The translations under genes were made by a program, and so were the position numbers. 64,000 nucleotides of DNA, taken from Octopus vulgaris (taxonomy: Eukaryota). Location: positions 68,758,001 to 68,822,000 of the forward strand of contig OX597817.1 of the NCBI GenBank assembly GCA_951406725.2, written 5' to 3'. How positions within the stretch are numbered: the stretch's first letter is position 1; each line of letters begins with the position of its first letter. Under the pieces are notes generated by a model that saw nothing but the letters and a program-made list of their open reading frames with translations, ran no database searches and had not been told where the DNA came from. Of this stretch, positions 12,223 through 25,559 are shown piece by piece.

Positions 12223-12964
12223 CTCTCTCTCTCTGTGTGCATGCTAATATCATTGTTGTTTAGTCCTAGACAACATTTATCCAGCAGACCTATAATCAAA
12301 AATTAAAAAATCATAACCATCCAACTATATTTTCATGACTATGTAAGTCGATGTATCCTCTGCTTCTTTTTTTCATTGGTAGGGTATGGTTTAAGGAAGA
12401 TTTAATTGTTTTTTCTAGCCGGTTGAGTGGTCATGTTGCAGATGCTTTTGATTCCTTTGTAGCTCTATTGTTGGTTTAAACTGATGATTTATGAACATAA
12501 AGAAGAATGATTGTTTAGTACAAAGTCCAGGAATGGAAGCATGTTAGATGACAAGAAGAATAAAGAATAAGAGTTCTTATATGCATGCTTCTTTAAATGG
12601 CATAGAACACCGATTTTCAGCATTTTTCAATTCATGGCATTCTAAATGAGGCATTGAAAAGAGTTATGGAATAACATAAGCTTTCTAAAAGGTTTATTTC
12701 ATATATAAAAACAAAAAAGAGAATTACATATGTTTTAAAACAGTGATGGATGTATAAATTGTATTTTGCTACAAAGGTATACATATGCACAAGTGTGGAG
12801 CATTAAACCACTTTAGGTTCCTAAATAATCTGGCATTTTCTGATTCGTTTTAAACACTCGTGGTACACTTGGATATCATATGTAAAACACACATGTGTGC
12901 TCAGCATAGTAATCAGGGGTTGAAAATGTCTAGTACAGAGAAATCCAATTTAAGCATATTTGAC

Positions 12965-13265
12965 ATTCTATTTCTCAGAGCTGGTTGATCTTGTAACTCC
13001 TCCACACAGTCACCTTTGACCCATTTGTCTTTCCTCCAACTCTCATTACTATTGTTGAGTTTAGTCCTCTGCACTAACCATTATTCCCAATCCAATCCTT
13101 CCTCCTCAGAACAGTGCCTCTCTGGAATCTTCTCTCTAGTCTTGTCTTTCCTGCAGGTGTTGATCTGCAACAGTTTAACCTGAACATTAACAGCATCAAG
13201 CTCCCTGGTCTTGGGGAGGTGTGGGGGGAGGCTGCTGCAAAGGTCATGGACACCAGCCCTTGCTT
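12965..13265 (+). mobile_element. 3' end of a CR1/L2/Jockey-group LINE
   Basis: SELVDLVTPP...HYSQS..FLLRTVPLWNLLSSLVFPAGVDLQQFNLNINSI fits the SFFPRT...WNxLP...FK C-terminus. Related pieces at ~3390-3490 (+) and ~40480-40612 (-; FPAAVDLQLFKEN). Confidence 0.7.
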
Positions 13266-15452
13266 CAGACTCATCAAATAAAGAAAAAAGTTGATCAGCA
13301 AAGTGTTCAGCAGTTTTCTTGGTACACAATCCTATTTAAGGTGGCACAAGCCAAGAAGAGAATCTCAACATGGACGCTCAACTTGCTTGAAATAGCAGCT
13401 AAATTTCTCTCAACCTTACTATCTTAAGTAAAGAAAGGAGATTTTGGATAATGCAACCCTAAATATCTCCAACTGACATAATACAATTTCAGTGCCTTTG
13501 ATCACAGATTTGTTCATCTGAAAATGACTTTGAGCTAAATTACAAGACTGACTTTAGGTAATATTCCTAGATAATCTAGCATCTGTTCCTGAAAGCTAGA
13601 CTAATTGACACTCAGGATAATTACAACTACTGTTTAAATATATAGCAAAATACCAGCAGTAGATTGGAACTCAAAGCCACTAGTCTCACAGTTTAATACT
13701 ACATCAGTTTCTGGATACTCATGATATAGGATGTATAGTTGTTGTAGTCTTTGAGACACAGTTGAACCTACACAAATCAAACAGCTCTGGGATTAAAGTA
13801 TCTTCATTTATGGAAAGAATACCTAGAATTACATTATCCAATATGTCCTTCCTTTTTTAGGATGGTAGTGTGTCATTTGGAAGAGGTCTGGCTGTTAATT
13901 CTAGCAGGCTGAGTCACCATGTTGAGGTTTTTTGCATGTTGTAAAGTGGTTGGTATTAAGGAGGGTATCCAGCTATAGGAACAATCCCAAAGCAGACATC
14001 AGAGTATGATGCAATCGTTGGATTCCTCAGATCCTTGTCAAATCATTAAATCCATGCTAGCATCAAACATTTACGTAAATTAACAATGATGAGTCTATTT
14101 AATATTGGATAATCCAATGGGTATGATTTGGAGATGATTCAGCCACAAATTCTAATAGGCTGGGTCACCTCTTAAAGATTCATCATCATTCTCATCATCA
14201 TTTAACAACCATTATCTATAGTAACATGCGTTGGATGGCTTGACAGGAGCTGGCAAGCCAGAGGGTTGCACCAGGCTTCAACTGTCTGTTTTAGCATGGT
14301 TTGTACAAATGGTTGTCCTTCCTGATACCAACCACTTTACAGAGTGTGTTGGGTGCTTTTTATGTGGCTCCATCACAGGTGCTGTATATGTGGGACCAGC
14401 ACTGGTGCTTTTTACAAAGCACCAGCACAAGTGCTTTTTTCGTGGCACCAGCAATAGTCCTTTTAATGTGACACCAGCATAGGTGCTTTTTATATGGCAC
14501 AGGCACCAGTGGGGTCACCTGATTTCCATGTTTCAAATGAACTGTAGAATTTGTGACTTTGAAATTTTGTTTATTCTATTTCATCAAAGTATGGGTTTGA
14601 CATAAATCCATGAGAGTGGGTGGGTGAGTGGGATGGGGGTCTTATTAATTTCTACATTATCTTATATATTTTTTGTTCAGGCCATTATTTTGCTTGGGGA
14701 AATATCAAGGTATTGTGAACGGTACCGGTAGTGTGTTTTAGATATATTTATTGTATCTTATGCTCTCTTCTATCTATAACCCCCCACCTTCCTCCTGCTC
14801 CTCCTCCTCCTCCTCCTCCTCTTCAATGTGTTAAGTTTTCTGTCTTTGAAATATCTACAATGATGTTAATGTCTGTTGATGTTAGTTGAAGATAAGTATA
14901 CTGGTTATCAGAGAATATTTTGCAGATATTCTTGGTCTTATATTCTTTTACTCTTTTATTTTTTGCTTGTTGTTGTTTTTTTTTCTTTGTATGCGTGTGT
15001 GTGTGTGTGTATGTGCACATTTGTTTCGATACTTCTATAAGGATGAGATTGGTGGAGGTTGTTAGTTGAAAAGTTTAAGAGTATTTCTTTTATATTGCTT
15101 TTAGGTTTGGTACTTGATCTTTCATGTTTGAATATTGATTTTGTTTTTGACATTTTTTTTGCATTGATTTTTGTTTTCGATTGCTTTTTTTTTTATATTT
15201 CTTTATATATGTATATATTTATTGTTTTGTTTTTCAGAATATTGAAAAAAAAACATATATATTCCGAAAGAATAACAAAAATATATATATATATATGTGT
15301 GTGATTCTGTTGTTATAGATCTCAAGGTTTTATGACAACATTCAATATAATGTGACATTCTTTAATGCAACACAATAAATAGCCAGTAAACAGTGATATG
15401 GTTAGTTTAGTTGGACAATATACTATAACCAATAAAGGTGTGTGGGAGATAG

Positions 15453-15502
<50 letters not shown>

Positions 15503-16239
15503 TGGGATGAGAAAGGATGAGATAGATAAAGGGAGAGTGACAGACAGAAAGTTATGTTTATAAAATGTGAATATGCAAAAGAGCATATGTACATACATGC
15601 ATGAAAATGAAAGCATGAAAAGTGTGTGTTTATTTCAGAAAGGTAGTTTGTGTATGCTTAATGAGAAAAAGAGAGGGAGGAGAGAGAGGTGGGGATGGGG
15701 TAGAAATATGCATGCATAAATGCAAATGTGTTAAAGTGAATGTGCATGCGCAAGCCTAAATTTTTAAGAGAGTATATATGCATTTCACTATAAACACACA
15801 TACAAGCACATGCTCCCATACATACACACACATACATACATACATGCATAGATACATACATACATGGACAAACATATGCCCATGTATGCTTACATGCATG
15901 TAGGTATGTGTAAGAAGAATGCTATTGAATAATATCATATATTAGTTTACAGAAATGAGGAGAATTCAAGAATAAAATAAGATAAATTGAAAAAGGAAAA
16001 CTGATATTATGATCTGGAGATAGTAAACATGTCACTTTGAAGTTATTCTTCCTGATATAAACACACACCTGTCTCTCTCTCTAAATATATATGTGTGTGT
16101 GTGTGTGTGTGTGCGTGCATGTGTGTGTGTGTGGATGGATAGATGGATGTATAGATATAGCATAAATGCACATCAGACAAGTGTGTGTCTGTATACATAT
16201 TTATATATACAGATATACATTCACACACGTATTTATATA

Positions 16240-16244
16240 TATAA

Positions 16245-16340
<96 letters not shown>

Positions 16341-16385
16341 TTATATACTTTATATACTTATATATATATATACATATACATATAC
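16240..16385. repeat. (TA)n microsatellite
   Basis: Seen directly. Similar compound TA/CA/GA tracts at 190-312, 23305-23605, 38155-38255, 40020-40170, 52690-52920 and 54100-54452, and (CTAT)n at 9738-9805. Confidence 0.98.
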
Positions 16386-18399
16386 TCACACATAAGTATC
16401 CATAAATGGTGGGGAAATGTGTGCATGTATATGTAGGTTTAAAATCAACAAAATCATATTTGTTAAAGTATTACAATGAAATACATATTGAGTTTTCCTC
16501 CAACGTATTTTCTCCTTTTTTTTTTATGATCACATATGTGACTGTACACGCTTATGCACATACACATGCATTTGATGGGAAGCCCTCAAAAGAAAACAAA
16601 ATATTCAGCCGGTGATGACAGAATGTGCATAATGAGTAAAATGCACAAAATGGGTTGTTGTACACACATCAGCCATCACATATTGCCTGTTATAAGTATC
16701 CTGTTCTTGATGCAATAAAAGAAGCAGTAAAACAAATTATGAACACTGATCTGGAACTTAACTACTCTTAATAATCCAAATCTATTTATTCCAGTAACAC
16801 AAGTAAACAGTTTCTCTCTTTCTCTTTGCGTTGAAGAATTCTGTGTAAAACAAGACATTAAACTTCTCTTCTTGTTCAATGCATAACGTTTACTCCATTC
16901 TTTGAACTTTTTGTATTCTTATACTACATTGGCAATTATGATGTAGAATATACTTCACTGATGAGATGAAAATAATGCCCAAACAAGCTCAGAATTATCT
17001 CCCCTGCTTGTTGGAAATATTTACTATTCATTAATATCATTTTGTATTCCTCATTGCTACAAGTTTATTTCTCATTGACCGTTTAATGATTCACACATCA
17101 CTAATGTCAACTTATTCTCTCTTAGATGAACAAGAAACCCTGAGGCAATTAGGTAACTGGTAATAATGTTAAATTAAAATGTTCTTCCTAGAAACACAGT
17201 GAATTGCCACCATTTATTTTTCTCTCAGGATGTATTGGTCAACTGCTTGCTCTACATATGCATATTCGTTTTTCTTTTACTTGTTTCAGTCATTCAACTG
17301 CAGCCATGCTGGAGCACCACCTTAAAGGGTTTTAGTCAAAGAAATCTATCCCAGGACTTATTCTTTGTAAACCCAGTACTTATTTTATCGGGCTCTTTTG
17401 CTGAACCACTAAGTAATTATAGGGACATAAACACACCAGCATAGGTTATCAAATGATGGCAGGGATATAGATGTTTGTGTATATATATACACAGCAGGCT
17501 TCTTTCAGCTTCCATCTACCAAATCCTCTCACAAGGACACTTGCTCAAGGTACCACACTGTGGGACTGAACCAAAACCATCTGGTTGAGAAACAAGCATC
17601 TTACCACACAGCCATACCTGCACCTATATGATAATAAAGTAATGGTTAGAATTTTAATTAAAACACTTGTAATAAATAAGGATCATAATTGAACCACTTA
17701 TCTCCTTCTCACTGGGCATGTGTTCTAATACTTATACCAGTCATAGTTGCTGCTCTTAAATTAAGTATACATATTCATTGGCTATACAAACATTTACTTC
17801 TGCAATGTGATGGCTTATTTCATTGTAATTTGTCAGCAAACCAGCAGTGCAGAACAGGTGTCATTTCACTAATATCTAACATTGCATGATATATCTACTT
17901 GTGCATTCTACAGACATTTTTTTCTAGGGTAATAAGGGTTATATGGGAAGGTACTTGAGGCAAAAGGTTTTACAGATAGATGATCTTGCTGTTGCCAACT
18001 CTTACCATTTTAATTATAGAGGAATTAGAAAACACAAAGTGAGCAGATTATTTGTTGGTAGGAAATGTCAACAGATATCACTGGTTGTAGTTCAACTGCA
18101 TATGGAGGGTGCTACCATCTGTAGTGCAGTTCTCTGCAGATTGTAAACATTCACACAGACACACACACAAATTGATGCAGTCCAACATAACAATCTCTGA
18201 TAGATAGTACTAAAACTAGAAGAAAGCAATCTTACACAATGGAATTACACAGTTAAATGCCAGCATGAAGTGTATGACAAATGGTAAGCTTAAAATACAT
18301 GAACATCATCTCTTGGAAAAATTAATAAAAATCAAGATGCTACTCTAAAATCAATAACTTTGAAACATGAACTCAAGACCCAAAGTGAAAAACGCTACT

Positions 18400-19232
18400 A
18401 TTGAAAAAAAATATTAAAAAGCCGATTTATACCACAAATTTCCTTCCAGTCTGCAAACTGTATATAGGAGGATGAAGAAAAATAATATCATAATGAAAAG
18501 AGCCATCTTTCAGGAAAATCTCTAATAATTTTTGTCTACGATTTGGAATGGAAGTAAGGATTTTCATCAGAATGCAAGATGGTTAGACACAATAAAGCAA
18601 GAATGTAGTACCAAAATCAACAGTAAAATCTATACAATCAATAAAGAATCTGTTAGGAAAGCTGTGAGGAAGTTGCACTATGGGGAGACACTATGAAGAG
18701 ACCTCATAATTTGCTACTGATAAATGATCATATTTTATAGAAAGTCATTAATGAATATATTTTAAAGGATAACGGAAGGACAAATTGACCTACCAAACTG
18801 ACTTGCCACAGCATAAACCAATCTTGTAACCAATAATAAAATAATTACCGTGGTAGAGAATTATAGGCCTAAGAATATTGGTGGCACATAGTCATTGAAA
18901 CTTCTACCAAGTAAAAAAAAAACAAAACAACAGGCCTGATATTGTTATTTTGGACAAAAGTGAAAATTTTTGCACCATTATATAGGATAGTTGCTCTTTA
19001 GATGAGAACATCTCTCTCAAATATCTATCAACAACCATATTGAAACCTGAAGTTCCTCTACCTTAAATGCATATTCCCATTTATCCCAGTTAATGTTATG
19101 TTAGTGAATATCTAAGTAACAAACTGGAAAAGCTAGGATATTCAGATAAAGAAAGCTATCAGCTAACAAGCACTTTATAAATACAATAGAACAGTGAAAA
19201 TATGCAAGACTTTTCTCAAATTCAACTTTTAA
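18400..19232 (+). pseudogene. Ancient R4/Dong-like element with the RT core deleted
   Basis: IWNGSKDFHQNARWLDTIK...SVRKAVRKLHY...IDLPN*LA...ENYRP (18541-18870) is joined directly to EYWW...NNRPDIVILDK...TVKICKTFLKFNF*. The 5' boundary is uncertain. Confidence 0.75.
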
Positions 19233-22200
19233 TACACATTGTTGTTTTTTCTATCAAAATTCCAGTAATGGAGCTTTGTTTATTTGTCAGAAACCAACTC
19301 CTTATTTCTCAGAAAAATTCTATTATAAAAGAAAAAGAAACATATGACCATATACACATGTATACCTACATGCATGCATGTATGCACTTGGACTGTGACC
19401 ATGCTGGTGCACCACTTTGCAGGTCTTAGTGAAACAAATTGAGTCCAGTACTCAAGTCTGTTACTTAGTTTAACATTTCTTTTGCTGAACTGCCAAGTTA
19501 TGGAGATGTAAATGAACCAATACAGGTTGTTAAGCAATGGTAGTGGTGGTGGGCAAACACAAACATACACATATTTATTTATCTCATATGTGTGTGTGTG
19601 TGTGGGGGGGGGTGTATGTGACAGGCTTCGACACAGTTTCTGTCTACCATGTTCCTTCACAAGATATTGCTCAGACCAGAGTTAATGTAGAAAACAATTG
19701 CACAAAGTGTCATGCAATAGTACTGAGCCCAAAACCACATGATTGCAAAGAGAGCTTCTTAACCTCATAGCCAAGTTTTCATGTAACCTATGTCACTACT
19801 TCACCTTAAATTGTGATTCTTCATTTTTTTTTTTTAAAGAGATATCAACTTAGATATATTATCTTTTAGGTGTTTGAAAAATCTTTGGATATATATTTAT
19901 CAAAATACATATGCTCTGTGCAAAATAACATTGAGAGAAATCATGACATTGTCTGGAATATATTAGAGCATGCCAAAGCTTACAAACACGGTAATAACAG
20001 TTGTGAATTTCAACTCACAGACAAAAATAAATATACTGTTTCATAAAGGTTCTATACACGAACAAACGCTCAGAACCGATATCGTTTTATCATCACAAAT
20101 CAACATATTTGTTAAAATATTTTCATTTTGAATTACTTAACAGCTGAAAACCATATAGTTGAATAATACATTAATACGCATTCTAAGGTAAATAAATATT
20201 AAAAAAAAAAAAAAAGTTACTTTTAGTTAATGTCGACAATAAAACACCAAAAACCAACACAAAAATGGCTTGGTGTTTTTGACATAATATATTGAAAAGT
20301 CAAGCTGCTGAATGACTCATACCATACAATAACATACTGACTACATCAACAAAGTTTTATATTGTTAAAATGTTTATTCAAAAGTTTTATGTACTTTTAT
20401 TATTTTTTTATACTATTTATCACATAAATAAATGTAAAACTGATTCATTATTACATTGATTGTTTTAAAATCAATATACATATGTTCTCGCATCATCATC
20501 ATCATTCTTGTCATTGTCACTCTCATTGCCATCTTCATCCTCATCAGCAACGTGTATATAATTTATATATATATTAATATTAAAACGATCAATGTACACA
20601 TGAATCAGTTTTATAGTTATAAATGAAATAGAAGGATAACACACACAACACACACACACACACACAACACACACACACACAAACACACACACACAAATAT
20701 ATATTTACACATATATGCATGATATGTGAGTTGTAAGTATATATACAATGGAGAGAGAGAGAGAGCGGCACATGTATGGCTGTGTAGTAAGACGCTTGCT
20801 TCACAGCCACATTGTTTCAGGATCATTTCCACTGTAGAGCACCAGGCTGGTCATGGCCTTGTGAGTGGATTTAGTAGATGGAAACTGAAAGAAACCTGTC
20901 ATAGTAGTGTATATACACACACATATATATATCATCATCATCATCATCATCGTCGTTTAGCGTCCGTTTTCCATGCTAGCATGGATATATATATATATAT
21001 GAGTATGTGCATGTGTGTGTACTACTGTCTCCTTGCCTTAACGTCATGGGATATTTGTAAACAAGTATCATGTTAGCATTGTGCAAATGGTGTCCATTAT
21101 TTCTATCTTCTTGAAAGTATATCTGGTCATGAGAAAATATCACCTTATTTGAAAACAGGTGAAAGCTGGTGACAGGAGTTGTTGGCATTAGGAAGGGCAT
21201 CCAGCTGTAGAAACACTGCCAGATAAGACTAGAGCCTGGTGCAGCCTTCTGGCTTCCCAGACCACGGTTGAACCATCCAACCCATGCTAGCATGGAAAAC
21301 GGACGTTAAACGATGATGATGATGATGATATATATCCATAAAGAAAGAACATGGATGAGCTGAAATTCATTACAGCTGTTTCGGATGTATTTTTTATTGA
21401 TGAATACATTGATTACATCATGAAAAAAGGTTTTCTTCAGTTTTTGGTTTAGGAAAAATAACAAGATATGGAATGTGTGTTAACCCTCTTATTCTGGCAG
21501 CAAATAAAATACCTTGATTCAAATGATAGATAGATGGACAGATAGATAGATACAGAGATACTTTGTGTATTAAGGCTACCATTGGTTTCATGTGAAAAAA
21601 ATATTGTAACAAGTTTTCAAACCTATCCCATGGAGAATTTGTTAAGATGTTTTCTTAATATAAAACCAATGGTAACCTTAACACATAAATAAAGTATCTT
21701 TATCTACCAATGTGGTATTGAGCTCTTATTCTCCTTGTCTGACATTTACATATATAAATATATATAACTGACTGTTGGAGTGCTCAGTTCTCTCCTGGTA
21801 TATCATCATCAACATTTTGCTGGGTTAAATGTGAGTGTCTTTGTCTGCTCATAACTATGTAGGCACTTTAAAACAATTAGCAAAATGTTGGTAGAAGCTA
21901 CCAAATGATACTAATTTGGGAGTGACATTTAAGCATGCATGCATACACACCCATTTCTCTTCTCAATACTAACCCACCTCCCACGTTTAGTCAAGGAGGC
22001 TTTTTCCTTTTTTTTGTCTTTTCTTTAAAACCCTTTTCCCCTTCTTGTTCTTTTCTTTCCTCATGAGCTACATGGTCTCACTACTGCTGGTGGCAGAAAA
22101 AAAAAACTCCCAGTATACTCTTGAAAGTGGTTGGTGTAAGAAAGAGCATATCCAGCTGTTGAAATCATGACGAAACTGACATTGGAGCTTACGAGATCTT

Positions 22201-22289
22201 ATCAAATCATCTAACCCAAGCTAGCATGGAAAAATGCTTCCCCATTATATATATATAAAAATGTATGTATGTATATATGTACCCTTACT

Positions 22290-22571
22290 TATGTATACAT
22301 GTACCCTTAACGTAGATCTTGGGGAGATTCAGTGAGACACAGAGTGTGACACGGCTGGCCCTTTTAAATACAGGTACAACAGAAACAGGAAAAAAGAGTG
22401 AAAGAAAGTTGTGGAGAAAGCAGGGTTCATCACCACCCACTGCCGGAGCCTTGTGGAGCTTTAGGTGTTTTTGCTCAATAAACACTCACAATGCCCAGTC
22501 CAGTCTGGGAATTGAAACTGCGATCCTACGACCATGAGTCTGCTGCCCTAACCACTGGGCCATTGCGCCTG

Positions 22572-22575
<4 letters not shown>
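22290..22575 (-). mobile_element. tRNA-derived SINE with F-type tail but different middle
   Basis: Head GGCGCAATGGCCCAGTGGTTAG...GTTTCAATTCCC. GTACCTGTA...AAAGGGCC...CACTGAATCTCCCC is shared with 6330-6655. Confidence 0.75.
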
Positions 22576-22620
<45 letters not shown>

Positions 22621-23300
22621 ATGCATATATAATAATATTGTTAAATATATATACACACCCACACACGCTCACACACATACACACACAAACATACACATAC
22701 ACGCACAAAATATATATATATATATACAAATTTACGTACACTTCATCATCATCATTTTACCATGCACTTTTCTATGCTTTGTGTGGGTTGGATGGAATTT
22801 CCATTCGAACTGAAATTCACTAGCAAATTCTCTTATATTACTAATGATATGGATGTCATGGTTTAGGGGCTCAGCTTGAGTGAAATATTATAGCCAAACA
22901 AAAAGTGCCATTATGAACGTGTCTTTAATATGGCAAGCTGAGAAATTCTATTTCTTCTTTCTGTGATATGCCTAGAAGCATTAATGATAATGATCATGCA
23001 CTTTAACCCCCCTGCATTGCCTTACATAAATAGGTTAGTCTTTCTGTCGCCAGTTGGTAAGGGCATAACATGCCTTTTCTCACTTTCAGTTTTGCTTTTG
23101 TCTCTAAGCATTCATGATTTTGTCTTCTCATATGATGTTCAATGAATATGTTTCCTTGCCTTATCCACAAATAAAAACTAAAAGTACTATAGTATAGAAT
23201 AGTATATATATATATATTCTGTTGTGTCTGAGGAGAGTCATTTTCATTTTGTGCCTTATAATTCACATAAAGAATCTTGCAAACCAAATCCAAAAAGGAA

Positions 23301-23367
<67 letters not shown>

Positions 23368-24166
23368 TATATGCATACATATATATATACATATATATAT
23401 ACATACATATACATATATGCATATATATATATACATACATATACACACACACACACATATATATATATACACACACACATATATATATACATAAATATAT
23501 ATACATATATATATACATACATATATACTCATATTTATATACATACATATACACACACACATATATGTATATATATATATATGTATGTATGCATATAGAT
23601 ATATAAATTTAAATAGAGGTTAAAATAGCCACCTTAAATGATAGAAAAAATCCAATGAATTACTGGTTTGTTACATATTATTTTGCTGTGAATAGTAATA
23701 TTCCTAACATAATAGGTTTAAGTATAAATTTTGGTTTATAAATATTCAAATTAAAATCCAGAAAATGGAGAAGTAGCATTAATATAATTTATTAATCGCA
23801 AAAATTCAACTTGCTCACTTACAGCTGTTTCGATTTTGCCCCAAAGAATTAAATTCCAGTTGCAAAAACATAACAAAAAACCTGCTACATAGAGTTTCCT
23901 GTTCCCATTTGTCAGGCAGTTGTAATCAAAGAATCAACAACAGTCTGATGAACAGAAACATAAAACTCTGAGTAGCAGTTTCTTTTTTGTGATGTTCTAA
24001 CTATTTTAAGGGGTTTTAGTTGAACAAATTGACCCCAGGGCTTATTCTTGTAAGCTTAGTACTTATTCTATCAGTCTGTTTTTGCTGAGTGACTAAGTCA
24101 CAGGGACGTGAACAAACACACCAACATCATTGTCAAGTGATGTTTGAGGGACAAACACAGGCACAA

Positions 24167-24233
<67 letters not shown>

Positions 24234-25385
24234 ACAGGTTTCTTTTAGTTTCTCTCTACCATATCCACTCACAAGAGTTTGGTCAGCTTGAGGCTACAGT
24301 AGAAGACACTTGCCCAAGGTGCTATGCAGTGAGACTGAACCTGGAACCATGTGGCTGAAAGCAAACTTCTAACCACATAGCCAGACCTATGAATATATGC
24401 ATGTATATATACACACACAACATATAACAAATATATATGTTGATCACCAACCGATCATGGCCGTTGCCAGCCTTGCCTGATACCTGTGTCGGTGGATCAT
24501 AAAAAGCACCCACTACACTCACGGAGTGGTTGGCATTAGGAAGGGCATCCAGCAGTAGAAACACTGCCAGATCAGACTGGAGCCTGGTGCAGCCTCCTGG
24601 CTTCCCAGACCTCAATCGAACCGTCCAACCCATGCTAGCATGGAAAACAGATGTTAAACTACAACAACGATGATGATGATGATATCACACACACACACAC
24701 ATAATACACACACCATCCTCATTGCCGTAATATCCACTTTTGCATAGTTGCATGGTTCAGACAGACTTCATTGAGGTAGATTTTCTATGACTGAATTCCA
24801 GTTCAGTCACCAACCCCTCACCTATTTCCATTCCCCACCCCCTTATTTTCCAGCATGTTACAAGCACTCATTGTCAGTGTTTAACAGAAGATGGCTTACT
24901 GTCTTCTCAATCAAGTACGTTCCTGTGATCAATAGAATTATAGAGCAGATCAATACACTCTTATTCCAAGTATATTGCACATAGCTGCATATATAAAAAG
25001 ATATTTTTATGGCTACATGTGGAAAAATATATCACTTAATATTAACAAATGTTTATATGTAAAACATGTAAACAAGTTTTCATTTTACTTCTGATACATA
25101 TTCTAACAATCTGTTACTTGAATTGTTTTTTTTCTTTTGCTCTATTTGACAGACGGTCATTCAGAACATCAGACGAAATGGTTTGCAGTATCTTTTTTTT
25201 TCCGCCTCTTTAACTACAGGTTCAAATCCAGCTGAGGTCGACTTTGTGCTTTGGGGCAATGAAGTACCAAAGTACCAAAAGTACCAAAACAAGTGCTGGG
25301 GTTGATGTAATTAACATATCTCATTTCCCTCAAAATTGATGGCCTTGTGCCTAATTCTGAAACCATTATTATTTTTCTTCTTTTT

Positions 25386-25443
25386 ACTACTACTACTACT
25401 ACTACTACTGGTGGTAGTGGTGGTGGTGGTGGTGGTGGTGGTG

Positions 25444-25497
<54 letters not shown>
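25386..25497. repeat. Compound (ACT)n-(GGT)n-(AGT)n microsatellite
   Basis: Seen directly. Confidence 0.95.
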
Positions 25498-25559
25498 ATG
25501 GCAGCAAGCTAGCAAAATCATTTGCATGCCAGAGAAAATGCTTCAGTTGCATTAAATCA

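Noticed and set aside
23003-23606. Long YI/CV/HT-rich ORFs (also near 16.1-16.4, 38.1, 40.0, 52.7 and 54.0-54.6 kb)
   Set aside because: Translations of (TA)n/(CA)n microsatellites, which lack stop codons.
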